A DNA stretch of 55,971 nucleotides from an uncultured Candidatus Saccharibacteria bacterium (GTDB lineage Bacteria; Patescibacteriota; Minisyncoccia; UBA6257; 2-01-FULL-56-20), in contig CAYWDX010000001.1 of assembly GCA_964456235.1 (NCBI GenBank), forward strand, positions 267,210-323,180, given 5' to 3'. This document shows, in pieces, positions 7,900 through 17,538 of this stretch (its first letter is position 1; every line of letters starts with the position of its first letter). The position numbers and the translations under genes were made by a program. The notes below the pieces were generated by a model. It worked only from the letters and a program-made list of their open reading frames with translations, had not been told where the DNA came from and did not search any database.

Positions 7900-9663
7900 A
7901 TGACCAAGGCATCGAACCAGACGATCGCCGAGTTGCTTCGTGAAATCGGCGAACATCTTGCCATGCAAAATGTTCCGTTCAAGCCGCGGGCGTACGAGAA
8001 GGCTGCGCTCACGATTGAAAATCTTGAGGAAGAACTTGCCGACACGTATTCGATCGGCGGCATGAAAGCGCTCAAGGAAATTCCGGGCGTGGGGCAGTCG
8101 ATCGCCGAAACGATTGAAGAGTTCATCAAAACCGGAAACGTGAAATATTTTGAAGGATTGAAGAAAAAAACGCCGGTTGACTTGTCCGAGCTCTCCCGCG
8201 TGGAGGGTTTGGGGCCGAAGGGGATCAAGAAATTGTACCAGGCTTTGGGCGTGAGTAATTTAGGGGAGCTCGAAAAGGCGGCGAAAGCGGGGAAGATTGC
8301 GAAGCTGGAAGGCTTTGGCCCGAAGAGCGAAGAAAAAATCTTGAAAGGGATCACCTTCGCGAAGACGGCGGGCTCTCGCACGGTGCTTGGGTTTATCATG
8401 CCGCGCATCCGCGCACTCGAAGCAGAGCTCGCGAAGGTGCCGGGCGTCACGCGCGCGACCTCCGCCGGTTCTGCGCGCCGGCGGAGAGACACGATCGGCG
8501 ATATCGACTTCCTCGTTGTTTCTAAAAAGCCGAAGGCGATTATGGATTATTTTGTAAAAATGCCGAGCGTGATTTCCGTGATCGCGCAGGGCGAAACAAA
8601 ATCGTCGGTAAAAATAAAACCGGGCATCAATGTCGACCTCCGCGTGGTCCCCGCCGAATCCTACGGCGCCGCCCTCAACTATTTCACGGGCTCAAAAGAC
8701 CACAATGTTGCCCTCCGCAAGATCGCGGTCGCGAAGGGCTGGAAACTCAATGAATACGGGCTCTATGAGCTGCCCCGCGGCATGGCCGCCAAAAAAGGCG
8801 GCGAAGAAAAGATGATCGCTGGCGCGTCAGAGGAAGCGCTCTACCGCGCTTTCGGCATGGACTATATCGAGCCGGAATTGCGCGAGAATACCGGCGAACT
8901 CCAAGCGGCCCACACACATACGCTGCCCAAAATAATTGGCTACGATGGTCTCGAAGGCGATCTCCAGGTGCAAACGAACTGGACGGATGGCAGTGACTCG
9001 ATCGAGGCGATGGCAAAGGCGGCGATGGCGCGGGGTTTGAAATATATGGCGGTAACCGACCATACGAAACGCCTTGCGATGACGCACGGCCTCGACGAGA
9101 AGCGCATCGTGCAGCAGGGGAAAGAAATTGACACGCTCAATAAAAAATTTGGCGCGAAGTTCAAAATCCTTAAAGGAACCGAATGCGATATCCTCAAAGA
9201 CGGCACCATGGATTTGCCTGACGAAATTTTGGCAAAACTTGATGTGGTTGGTGCATCGGTCCATTCGTTTTTTGGCCTCACGCGGGCAGAACAAACGGCG
9301 CGCGTGAAGCGAGCGATGTCGAATCCGCATGTCGACATTTTGTTCCATCCGACCGGCCGCATCTTGAACCGGCGCGAGGCGTATGATATTGATATTGATG
9401 CCATCGTCGCGCATGCGAAGCAGACGAAGACCGTCCTTGAAATCGACGCCTATCCAGACCGCTCTGATTTGAAAGACGACCATATTCGGAAGTGCGTCGA
9501 GGCGGGCGTGAAGATGTCGATTGATTCCGATGCCCACTCGATTACCCATTTCCCATTTCTCGAATATGGCATCGCGCAGGCGCGCCGGGGCTGGGCATGC
9601 AAGCGTGATATAATCAATGCCTGGCCGGCAGAAAAAATGAAGGGTTTTTTAAAGAAATCTTAA
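7900..9663 (+). CDS. polX: DNA polymerase X family protein with C-terminal PHP domain (PolX)
   Basis: HhH motifs (IPGVGQSIAETI, VEGLGPKGIKKL, LEGFGPKSEEKI), nucleotidyltransferase GSARRRRDTIGDIDFLV, and PHP motifs (TDHT, SVHS, DSDAHS). Confidence 0.9.
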   Translation: MTKASNQTIAELLREIGEHLAMQNVPFKPRAYEKAALTIENLEEELADTYSIGGMKALKEIPGVGQSIAETIEEFIKTGNVKYFEGLKKKTPVDLSELSRVEGLGPKGIKKLYQALGVSNLGELEKAAKAGKIAKLEGFGPKSEEKILKGITFAKTAGSRTVLGFIMPRIRALEAELAKVPGVTRATSAGSARRRRDTIGDIDFLVVSKKPKAIMDYFVKMPSVISVIAQGETKSSVKIKPGINVDLRVVPAESYGAALNYFTGSKDHNVALRKIAVAKGWKLNEYGLYELPRGMAAKKGGEEKMIAGASEEALYRAFGMDYIEPELRENTGELQAAHTHTLPKIIGYDGLEGDLQVQTNWTDGSDSIEAMAKAAMARGLKYMAVTDHTKRLAMTHGLDEKRIVQQGKEIDTLNKKFGAKFKILKGTECDILKDGTMDLPDEILAKLDVVGASVHSFFGLTRAEQTARVKRAMSNPHVDILFHPTGRILNRREAYDIDIDAIVAHAKQTKTVLEIDAYPDRSDLKDDHIRKCVEAGVKMSIDSDAHSITHFPFLEYGIAQARRGWACKRDIINAWPAEKMKGFLKKS

Positions 9664-9679
9664 TTAAAAAATTATTAAA

Positions 9680-10258
9680 ATGACCCCTGCCGTTCCCCAG
9701 CGAAGCAGCGAGCGCCGCGAGAAATTACCAACGAAAAAGCAAGTAGTGGCGGGCTTTGTCGTCTATCGGCGGACGTCGGACGGCATCAAATATCTGCTTC
9801 TCTATCGGCGCGGTAACTATTGGAATTTCCCCAAGGGGCACTTTGAGCCAGGGGAGCGGAGCATCGACGCCGCGCTTCGCGAGCTTGAAGAAGAAACGGG
9901 CATCAAGAAATCAGAATTGCGCGTGGTGCCCGAGTTCCGCGGCTACGAACGTTTTTATTTCCGCATCGGCAACCAGGGCATCTATGACACGGTAATTTTA
10001 TTCCTGGCAGAAACACACAAGGCCGAGGTGCGCATCACGCCTCGCGAGCATAGCGGTTTTGGATGGTTCCTGTACCAGGACGCGCTCGGCGTGATCGGGA
10101 AAAAATATGGCGATACGCGCAAGGTGTTGAAGCAAGCGAACGACTTTTTACGGGAACGCGCTGCGCGCTATCGCGGAGAACACCGAGGGGAGCACCGGGG
10201 TGAACATCGAGGCGAACATCGCGGGGAGCATCATCGCAGCGCGCATCAGGCGAAATAA
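9680..10258 (+). CDS. NUDIX hydrolase (Ap4A-hydrolase-like) with C-terminal RGEH x5 repeat tail
   Basis: Nudix box GHFEPGERSIDAALRELEEETGI. C-terminus is RGEHRGEHRGEHRGEHRGEHHRSAHQAK. Confidence 0.85.
   Translation: MTPAVPQRSSERREKLPTKKQVVAGFVVYRRTSDGIKYLLLYRRGNYWNFPKGHFEPGERSIDAALRELEEETGIKKSELRVVPEFRGYERFYFRIGNQGIYDTVILFLAETHKAEVRITPREHSGFGWFLYQDALGVIGKKYGDTRKVLKQANDFLRERAARYRGEHRGEHRGEHRGEHRGEHHRSAHQAK
10172..10231 (+). repeat. five tandem 12-nt units encoding RGEH
   Basis: cgcggagaacac / cgaggggagcac / cggggtgaacat / cgaggcgaacat / cgcggggagcat. The units differ at synonymous positions. Confidence 0.9.
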
Positions 10259-10286
10259 AAATCCCGGCGCGGCCGGGATTTTTATT
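10257..10286. terminator. bidirectional rho-independent terminator between convergent NUDIX gene and rplT
   Basis: aaaa-ATCCCGGC-gcg-GCCGGGAT-ttttatt: a GC-rich 8-bp stem flanked by A and T runs. Confidence 0.7.
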
Positions 10287-10302
10287 AAATATTCCTTAAA
10301 AT

Positions 10303-10647
10303 TTATTTGACCAGTGCCACAACGGCTTTGAATACGGCCGGGTCGTTTTCGGCAAGACCCGCGAGAATCTTGCGGTCGAGCATAACGTTTTTCTTTTTGA
10401 GCGCAGCGATGAATTTGCTGTAGCTCATTCCTTCGGCGCGGACGGCGGCGTTGATCTTTACATTCCAGAGACGGCGGAAGTCGCGCTTCTTTTCTTTGCG
10501 GCCACGGAAGGCGTGCGTCCACGCGTGGAGCAGCGCTTCTTTAGCGGCGCGCTCTTTAGACTTGCGGCCCCAACGGAAGCCCTTCGTGTATCGGAGGACA
10601 TTGCGGCGGCGTTTGGTTGCAGTAACTCCACGTTTAACGCGAGGCAT
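10303..10647 (-). CDS. rplT: 50S ribosomal protein L20
   Basis: MPRVKRGVTATKRRRNVLRYTKGFRWGRK... is the canonical L20 N-terminus. Last gene of the infC-rpmI-rplT operon. Confidence 0.95.
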   Translation of the reverse strand: MPRVKRGVTATKRRRNVLRYTKGFRWGRKSKERAAKEALLHAWTHAFRGRKEKKRDFRRLWNVKINAAVRAEGMSYSKFIAALKKKNVMLDRKILAGLAENDPAVFKAVVALVK

Positions 10648-10653
10648 GTTTCT

Positions 10654-10830
10654 TTAATAATTTTTTAATGTTTTCAGGGAGATTTCGAGGGGGCGCGATT
10701 TGCGCTTGTTGCGGATCCCTTTCGCATTCGTGCGCGTGCGGAAATGGCCCTGGGCCATCGGCCGGCGCACCAGTTTCCCATTCCGGGTGATCCGGATCCG
10801 TTTTGTTGCAGATTTATTCATGCGTCTCAT
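10654..10830 (-). CDS. rpmI: 50S ribosomal protein L35
   Basis: Not in the ORF track (58 aa). Reverse-strand translation is MRRMNKSATKRIRITRNGKLVRRPMAQGHFRTRTNAKGIRNKRKSRPLEISLKTLKNY. It lies between infC and rplT. An alternative ATG is at 10821. Confidence 0.85.
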   Translation of the reverse strand: MRRMNKSATKRIRITRNGKLVRRPMAQGHFRTRTNAKGIRNKRKSRPLEISLKTLKNY

Positions 10831-10894
10831 AAAAATGAGCCGCTCGGCTCAATGGGAAGAGTATATTATAGAGCAGGCCGATTTGCAACTGCCG

Positions 10895-11425
10895 TTACTT
10901 CTTCGCGATCTGCATGCTCAAGCCGTAGCCGCCGAAACGCGGCTCGGAGAGGCGCTTGTACTCAACTTCGGACGGGATCATTTTCATAAATTCGCCGAGA
11001 CGCTCGCGCGCCCACGGCTGGTTGCCTTTTTCGCGCCCGCGCAGGCGCACGTGAATTTCCACCTGGTGCCCTTCTTCCAAAAATTTCTGGAGCTGGCGCA
11101 TTTTCACCTGCAAATCATTTTGCGCCGCGCGGGCGCTGATCTGCACGCGCTTCATGCCACCGCTTTTTTGCGCCAGGCGCTCTTTCTTTTCCCGCTTCGC
11201 TTCCTCGTAGCGGAACTTGTCATAGCTCATCAGGCGCGCGACCGGCGGTTTTGCGTTCGGCGATATCTCGATAAGGTCAATCCCTTCGGCGGGCCGGGCG
11301 AGCGCGAGCGCTTTTTCGCGCGATAAGACGCCAAGATTTTCTCCGGTGTCACTTACGACCCGAATTTCGGGTGCGACAATCTGGCTGTTGATCCGAGGTT
11401 TTGCTATGGCCTTATTGTACGGCAT
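10895..11425 (-). CDS. infC: translation initiation factor IF-3
   Basis: INSQIVAPEIRVVSDTGENLGVLSREKALALA...IDLIEISPNAKPPVARLMSYDKFRYEE is the canonical IF-3 pattern. The true start may be a non-ATG codon, as is usual for infC. Confidence 0.9.
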   Translation of the reverse strand: MPYNKAIAKPRINSQIVAPEIRVVSDTGENLGVLSREKALALARPAEGIDLIEISPNAKPPVARLMSYDKFRYEEAKREKKERLAQKSGGMKRVQISARAAQNDLQVKMRQLQKFLEEGHQVEIHVRLRGREKGNQPWARERLGEFMKMIPSEVEYKRLSEPRFGGYGLSMQIAKK

Positions 11426-11476
11426 GCGGCGTGAACGTCAAATGAGAGCGTGCCGGGAGCGTGCTACACTGATCGT

Positions 11477-12052
11477 ATGCAAGAAGCGCCGGTTGACCAT
11501 CCGGGCGTGCCGAACGAGCAGTATCACGCGCTCGGCAAAAAAACGTTCATGATTTTTCTGCTGGACCGCATCCATGCCGCGATGGTGCTTCTTATTATTG
11601 CCATCGCGCTGTTTGCCCTTGAGGGACAGCCGTTCCTTGTAAAAACTCCGGCGGGGGATTTGCGTCACTACGCTGCGGTCGCCGCCTGGTACGCCCTCGA
11701 TATTTTTGCCATCGCCGCCGCCATCACATTTTTTGCGACGTGGCTGATCTACCAGAATTATAAATTTTATTTGGGCGATGACGCGCTGAAGATCAAGCGC
11801 GGCGTTTTTAATAAAGAGGAGACGGCGATCCCGTATCGGCAAATCCAAAATGTCGACATCGAGCGTGACTTTTCTTTCCAGATGTTGGGCTTGAGCCGCT
11901 TGGTGATCCTCACGGCGGGCGAGAGCGAAGAGAAAACTGGCGAGAATGAATCGGAGGGGATCCTGCCGGCGCTCGACAAGGATTTGGCGGAGTGGTTGCA
12001 AGCGGAACTTTTGAAGCGGGCGAATGTGCAGAAAGTGGCGACGGCGGCGTGA
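11477..12052 (+). CDS. membrane protein with bacterial PH domain (YdbS/YdbT-like, bPH_2)
   Basis: Two TM helices followed by KIKRGVFNKEETAIPYRQIQNVDIERDFSFQMLGLSRLVILTAG, the bPH_2 signature. Confidence 0.6.
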   Translation: MQEAPVDHPGVPNEQYHALGKKTFMIFLLDRIHAAMVLLIIAIALFALEGQPFLVKTPAGDLRHYAAVAAWYALDIFAIAAAITFFATWLIYQNYKFYLGDDALKIKRGVFNKEETAIPYRQIQNVDIERDFSFQMLGLSRLVILTAGESEEKTGENESEGILPALDKDLAEWLQAELLKRANVQKVATAA

Positions 12053-12092
12053 CCGTGGTATAATACGCGCGCTATTTGATAATTCGATAACT

Positions 12093-12402
12093 GGGGACGC
12101 ATTGGTTTTGATAGCGATGTGTCATGGGTTTGCGGGCCGATGGCAGCGGCGTAATCGCTGCATGAACTAAAACTGCCAACGAACAAGTTGCAGTTCCGAG
12201 TTTCGCTTTTGCGTAACTCGGGATCGGCTACTTCGGGTCTCTTGAGGTAACACCGGTCTTATATAAGGGGACTGGCAGGGCGCCGACGATTCTAGGCGCT
12301 CCGCAAGAACCAGAATCATTCGGCCTAACTTGATTTAGGACACGCCCGTAGACGGCCCATCGACTTCATCGCTACACAAGGGTTCGAATCCCTTCGTCTC
12401 CA
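12093..12402 (+). ncRNA. ssrA: tmRNA (SsrA), tag ANEQVAVPSFAFA
   Basis: 5' GGGGACG pairs with 3' CGTCTCC, giving the G3:U wobble. T arm is AAGGG-TTCGAAT-CCCTT with discriminator A. The internal tag frame gcc aac gaa caa gtt gca gtt ccg agt ttc gct ttt gcg taa is at 12175-12216. smpB lies 3 kb away. Confidence 0.85.
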
Positions 12403-12472
12403 CAAAACAAAGATTGATAGTGTATGATTAATATATCTAGTTCGTAACTGTTAGGCGGCATGCACCAATAAA

Positions 12473-15187
12473 ATGAAAAAGGGCATACGGTTATTTTCTT
12501 CAGTCTTCATCTCATCGGTTGTGGCTTCAGGAATCATCACTCCTGTATTTGCCCAACTTGGCGGTGTCACTGCTCCGCCCGCTCCGGTTGAACCAAGCCA
12601 GATTGTTGCGCCCATGGTCCCATCCGCAGATACTATTCCGCCGGTCATATCGGGTGTCCTCGAGGCGTCCCTTCTCCCGACTGAAGCCACGATAGTATGG
12701 GCGACCGACGAACTCGCGGTCTCAACGCTCGAATACGGCACGAGCCAAAACTACGGCTCGCAAGCGGCCATTGGTGCAAGTGCACTCCTCGTCCATACCG
12801 CCACTCTTTTAAACCTCACGCCCGGCACGACCTACTATTATTGCATTCACGCGACCGATTTGACGAATAATGCTGCGCAGTCGTGCCCGCATGCTTTTAC
12901 CACGGCAGCTGCTCCGGCTCCTTCGAGCGATTTGGTCGGGACGACTTCCGTCGTTCTTGACGCGAATCCGCCTACTGTTTCGCTCATCACCATTGCTGCG
13001 ACCGGGACCTCGACTATTACTATTACGTGGACGACCGATGAAGTTGCGAACGCTGAAGTCGAATATGGGACGACGGCCGGATATGGCTCCGTATCTGATC
13101 TCGACAGCAATTTAGCGCTTACTCATTCGGTGACTTTGGCCAATCTCACGCCCAGCACCGAATATCATTATCGAATCAAATCGAGTGATGAGGTTGGCAA
13201 TCTTGCCGCAACAACCGACGAAACATTCACCACGAATGCATTGCCGCAGGTGTCCGTCGGTCTCACTGCTCCAGAAGCAACCTCAAGCGGATCCCTCACG
13301 AACGGCAGCCAAAATATTTCCGTAAGTGTTTCGTCCGTCGTGTTTTCTGGCATCGAAACGGCGAGCGTGGGGACTTCATCCGTGGTTATTCACTGGACGA
13401 CCGATCTGCCATCGGATTCGCAGGTAGAATATGGCGACGGCGTGCTCTTTGGATCGGCAACAACGCTCGACCGCGCGCTCATCACCGATCACTCCGCAAC
13501 GATCACCAATCTTTCGCCACATACCAATTATATTTTTCGGGTCAAATCAAAACCCTTTGGAACCTCGGTCGCAACAGTTTCAGGCAATCATGAATTCAAC
13601 ACACTTGCAGGAACAGTTCTCGCGAGCGCTCCGGCGGATGTGAGCAATGTCCAGTCGCCGGGCATTACCACGTCAACGGCGATGATCGCTTGGAACACCG
13701 ATGTGAATGCAACCGGGGAGGTGCAGTACGGAATAAGCACTGCGTACGGCGAATATGCTGCTCCCGACGCCAATCTTTCGATGTCGCATGCCATTGTTTT
13801 GAGCGATCTTGCGCCAAGCACCCTCTATCATTATCGGGTGAAATCGGTGAACGTTGCGGGAGACATTACATATTCAGAGGATTATGCTTTCACCACCCTT
13901 TCGACCGGTTTGGCCGGCCCGTCACCGGCAGGTTCTCAATCTTCATCCGGCGGAACTGCGGTGGGCGTAACAGCGCACATCCCTACGGCTCTTTCAAATA
14001 TTACTATTGCGTCGCACGATGAAAACTCTGCGACACTTACCTGGAGCGTGGCATCGGCGCACGCTGATGCAGCGGAACTATACGACATTCGCTATAGCAC
14101 CCAGCCGATTACGGCGAATAACTTTATGGATGCAGTCCAGGACCGGACAACCCCGATTTTGTATCCGGACGTATCGCCCAGCGGCGCCATCCGCACGTAC
14201 CTCGTGGCAGGTCTGCAACCTAATACGACCTATTATTTTGGCTTGAAATCAAAATACGAAACGAGCGATTGGTCGCTGCTTTCGAATGTTGTTTCCGTCA
14301 CAACTCCACCGGCTAGCTCGGGGCCTTCGAGCGGCAGCGGAGGTTATTACGATCGCATTAATGCGCCGATCGTGACGGGTGCGGAAGGTCTTGATTCTCA
14401 GATTGTGCTTAACTGGAAAAATCCAAACACCGCGAATTTTGTCCGAAGCATGATCGTGGTAAAGAAAAACGGCGGATATCCAACCTCGCCGCAGGACGGG
14501 CAAATTATCTACGAAGGCAGGGGCGAGACGTTTGCCGATGCCAATCTCACGAATGGCACAACGTATTATTATGCTCTCTATTCCTACGACCATGCGAAAA
14601 ACTACTCGTTGCCGGTGCATGTGTCGCTTGCTCCGAAACAGGGAGTCTACCAAGAACAACTTATTGAACACCCGGTCATTGTTTCTAAAACCAGCGTCAA
14701 ACACTTTGTCGAAGTGCTAAAAAAAGGATCACACGATATCGAGGTTGAACATCTTCAGCAACTTTTGGCGGCGGGCGAAGGGCTCTATCCTGAAAAATTA
14801 ATTACCGGATATTTCGGCACGCTGACCGAGCAAGCGGTAAGGCGTTTTCAGGCCCAGCATAATCTCCCGCAGACCGGCATCACCGATGGAGCAACGCAAA
14901 AAGAACTCACCGCAGTTTCTAAAGCCGAGTTCGTCTTGGAACTTCCTCACGATGTCGAACTTTTCGAGCGTGATGTGTATTACGGGCAAACGGGTCCCGC
15001 AGTGGAATATCTACAAAAATTCTTGATCTACGAAGGAAGCTATGCGGAAGCGATCGTAAGCGGTTATTTTGGAGATTATACCCGCAATGCGGTGATTAAA
15101 TTCCAGAAAAAATATGGCGTAAATCCCGCCGTAGGATTCGTTGGCCCCAAGACGCGCCACGCAATGCGCAAGATCACCGGCTTTTGA
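12473..15187 (+). CDS. large secreted surface protein: tandem fibronectin-III / purple-acid-phosphatase-N-like domains plus two C-terminal peptidoglycan-binding (PG_binding_1) domains
   Basis: Signal peptide MKKGIRLFSSVFISSVVASG. At least five repeats of the pattern T.T..W.TDE.A...VEYG....YGS......L...H...L..L.P.T.Y.YR..S. C-terminal GYFGTLTEQAVRRFQAQHNLPQTGITDG and GYFGDYTRNAVIKFQKKYGVNPAVGFVGPKT. Confidence 0.75.
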   Translation: MKKGIRLFSSVFISSVVASGIITPVFAQLGGVTAPPAPVEPSQIVAPMVPSADTIPPVISGVLEASLLPTEATIVWATDELAVSTLEYGTSQNYGSQAAIGASALLVHTATLLNLTPGTTYYYCIHATDLTNNAAQSCPHAFTTAAAPAPSSDLVGTTSVVLDANPPTVSLITIAATGTSTITITWTTDEVANAEVEYGTTAGYGSVSDLDSNLALTHSVTLANLTPSTEYHYRIKSSDEVGNLAATTDETFTTNALPQVSVGLTAPEATSSGSLTNGSQNISVSVSSVVFSGIETASVGTSSVVIHWTTDLPSDSQVEYGDGVLFGSATTLDRALITDHSATITNLSPHTNYIFRVKSKPFGTSVATVSGNHEFNTLAGTVLASAPADVSNVQSPGITTSTAMIAWNTDVNATGEVQYGISTAYGEYAAPDANLSMSHAIVLSDLAPSTLYHYRVKSVNVAGDITYSEDYAFTTLSTGLAGPSPAGSQSSSGGTAVGVTAHIPTALSNITIASHDENSATLTWSVASAHADAAELYDIRYSTQPITANNFMDAVQDRTTPILYPDVSPSGAIRTYLVAGLQPNTTYYFGLKSKYETSDWSLLSNVVSVTTPPASSGPSSGSGGYYDRINAPIVTGAEGLDSQIVLNWKNPNTANFVRSMIVVKKNGGYPTSPQDGQIIYEGRGETFADANLTNGTTYYYALYSYDHAKNYSLPVHVSLAPKQGVYQEQLIEHPVIVSKTSVKHFVEVLKKGSHDIEVEHLQQLLAAGEGLYPEKLITGYFGTLTEQAVRRFQAQHNLPQTGITDGATQKELTAVSKAEFVLELPHDVELFERDVYYGQTGPAVEYLQKFLIYEGSYAEAIVSGYFGDYTRNAVIKFQKKYGVNPAVGFVGPKTRHAMRKITGF

Positions 15188-15249
15188 CGTTTCGATAATT
15201 TTGGCTCTAACGCTCTTCGCTGGGTCGTGCCGCTGTTCTCCGTGGCGCC

Positions 15250-15687
15250 CTATTCTCCCCGCCGCATCTCGCGGACGTGTGCACGCTTTTTGAGTGCCTC
15301 GCGCTTGTCGGATTTTTTCCGCGAGCTGCCCAGGCCAAGCTCAATTTTTATAAAACCACGTTTGACATAAGCGCGCAGCGGTATGAGTACGCTGCCTTTC
15401 CCGTGGAGCGCGCCGGTAAATTTTTTGATTTCGTCTTTCGTGAGAAGTAAGCGCCGCGCCCGATCTTCTTCGTAGCCCGCCGGCATATTCTTCGGTTGGT
15501 ACGGCGGGATATGGGAATTGACGAGCCATGCTTCGCCGCCACGGATCAGTGCGCGGCCGCCCGCGATCTGCATCTTCCCGCCCTTCGCACTTTTCACTTC
15601 GTGGCCAAACAGTTCTATGCCGGCCTCGCAGGTCTCGTCGATATCATAGTCGAAGCGCGCGCGGCGATTTTCAGCAATCGTTTCCAT
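15250..15687 (-). CDS. smpB: SsrA-binding protein SmpB
   Basis: IAENRRARFDYDI...EAGIELFGHEVKS...G...I....A......EAWLVNSHIPPY is the canonical SmpB pattern. Confidence 0.92.
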   Translation of the reverse strand: METIAENRRARFDYDIDETCEAGIELFGHEVKSAKGGKMQIAGGRALIRGGEAWLVNSHIPPYQPKNMPAGYEEDRARRLLLTKDEIKKFTGALHGKGSVLIPLRAYVKRGFIKIELGLGSSRKKSDKREALKKRAHVREMRRGE

Positions 15688-15743
15688 CCCTCTATTATAT
15701 AGTGGTGGCGATCGTTGCAGCGAGGGCGTAAAATAAGGGGACG

Positions 15744-17447
15744 ATGCAATATCGACCCATCGAGGAGGAGATACGGGCGATTGTCGCTGCGGTGCTCGGT
15801 AGCGATGCCGCGCCGGTCGAAATTGCGGTCCCTGAAAAGGAGAATTTCGGACACTATTCCACGAATGTGGCTTTGCGCCATGGCGGTCCAGGGTCGCCGC
15901 TCGCGCGCGCCGAAGAATTTGCCAGGAAAATTGCCGCCGCCGCGCCCGCCGGATTTTTCGAGCGTGTCGAGCCGGCCGCGCCCGGCTTCATTAATTTTTG
16001 GTTAAGCAAGCAGACGATCGTTAACCATTTCTTAATGGTCGCGCGCGAGCGGCATTTTGGAGAAACGAATGTTGGCGACAGGAAGACGGTGATCGTCGAA
16101 TCTTCTTCGCCGAATGTTGCGAAGACGCTGAATGTGGGGCATTTGCGCAATACGATCATCGGCGTGGCGCTCGCAAATATTTATGAAGCGCTGGGGTATC
16201 GGGTGGTCCGGTGGAATTATATCGGTGACTGGGGGACGCAATTCGGCAAGTTGATCGCTGCCTACAAGGCGTGGGGTGATCGTGCGGCCATCGAACGAGA
16301 GCCGCTTGAAGAATTGCAAAAATTGTACGTGCGCTTCCACGAGGAAGAGAAATTATCCCCCGAACTTGCGAAGCGCGGGCAGGAAGAATTTAAAAAGTTG
16401 GAATCGGGCGACCGCGAAAATAAAAAATTGTGGGAATGGTTCCGCGATGGGTCAATTGGCGAACTGAAGGTCGCGTACCAGGAACTTGGCGCCGAATTCG
16501 ACGAGTGGATCGGTGAGAGTTTCTTTAATAAAGAAGTCGGGCCGCTCGTACGCGATCTCGTAGAGCAGGGGATCGCCGTTCAAAGCGAAGGAGCGATCGT
16601 GATTCGACTCGACGAATTTAATTTGCCGCCGGCGCTCATCCAAAAATCCGACGGTGCGAGCGTGTATCTCACGCGCGACATTGCAAATCTCAAATACCGC
16701 TTGAAGAAATATAAGCCGACGAAGATCGCTTATGTGATCGGGAATGAACAGTCATTCCAATTTGAACAACTCTTCGCGGTCGCGAAAAAACTCGGCCTCA
16801 TGGGCGCCGAGTTGATGCATGTAAAATACGGCCTCGTTCTGGGCGAGAGCGGTAAAAAATTTTCCACGCGCGAGGGGAATAGTGTTGCGATGCGCGATAT
16901 CATTGCGAAGGCGATCGAACGTGCCCGCAGCCTTGTCGAGAAGAAAAATGCTGATTTGCCCGCCGAGGAAAAGGAACGTGTCGCCCGGGCCGTGGCGCTC
17001 GGCGCGCTCAAATACTACGACCTCAAGGAGAATCGAACGACCGACATCGTTTTTGATTGGGATCAGATGATGGATTTTACGGGAGACAGCGCTCCCTATC
17101 TTCAATACACCTACGCGCGCCTCGTAAATATTTTGCGGAAGGCTGGGAAAATCGGGAAAACAGATATTGCCCTTGCAGATACCGTGCCGGAACTCGCACT
17201 CGCGCGGAAGATTTTTGAATTTCCGGCGGTCGTCAAGGTGGCCGGGGCCATGTATTCGACGAGCGTGCTCGCGAGCTACCTCCACAAGCTCGCCGTTGCT
17301 GCCAATAAATTTTACGAAACGACGCCGGTGCTCGCCGATGAAAATATCGCGCGAAAAAACGCGCGCCTCACACTGATTGAAGTCGCCGCGAGGACGCTCC
17401 GCTCGGGCCTGGAACTTTTTGGCATCGAAACGCCAGAGAAAATTTAA
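15744..17447 (+). CDS. argS: arginyl-tRNA synthetase
   Basis: SSPNVAKTLNVGHLRNTIIG (HIGH region), the FSTREGN (MSTR-type) motif and a DALR-type C-terminal anticodon-binding domain. Confidence 0.95.
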   Translation: MQYRPIEEEIRAIVAAVLGSDAAPVEIAVPEKENFGHYSTNVALRHGGPGSPLARAEEFARKIAAAAPAGFFERVEPAAPGFINFWLSKQTIVNHFLMVARERHFGETNVGDRKTVIVESSSPNVAKTLNVGHLRNTIIGVALANIYEALGYRVVRWNYIGDWGTQFGKLIAAYKAWGDRAAIEREPLEELQKLYVRFHEEEKLSPELAKRGQEEFKKLESGDRENKKLWEWFRDGSIGELKVAYQELGAEFDEWIGESFFNKEVGPLVRDLVEQGIAVQSEGAIVIRLDEFNLPPALIQKSDGASVYLTRDIANLKYRLKKYKPTKIAYVIGNEQSFQFEQLFAVAKKLGLMGAELMHVKYGLVLGESGKKFSTREGNSVAMRDIIAKAIERARSLVEKKNADLPAEEKERVARAVALGALKYYDLKENRTTDIVFDWDQMMDFTGDSAPYLQYTYARLVNILRKAGKIGKTDIALADTVPELALARKIFEFPAVVKVAGAMYSTSVLASYLHKLAVAANKFYETTPVLADENIARKNARLTLIEVAARTLRSGLELFGIETPEKI

Positions 17448-17538
17448 TTAAAAATTTATTACTATTGTGAGTGGGCGATACACCGCGCACGACACGTTTT
17501 CGTTGTAAAAGCCCGTACAATCTGATAATTTGAAGGGA

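Noticed and set aside
10172-10231. Possible CRISPR or other short-repeat array
   Set aside because: The 12-nt units are contiguous, with no spacers, and lie in frame inside the NUDIX gene. No CRISPR-like repeat-spacer structure was seen anywhere in the window.
10700-11326. 208-aa plus-strand ORF over infC/rpmI
   Set aside because: It overlaps the conserved infC-rpmI-rplT operon on the opposite strand and has no recognisable motifs.
17448-17538. Possible T-box or other leader upstream of ileS (and of argS/trpS)
   Set aside because: The intergenic regions are only about 26-90 nt, too short for a T-box, and no specifier or antiterminator structure is visible.
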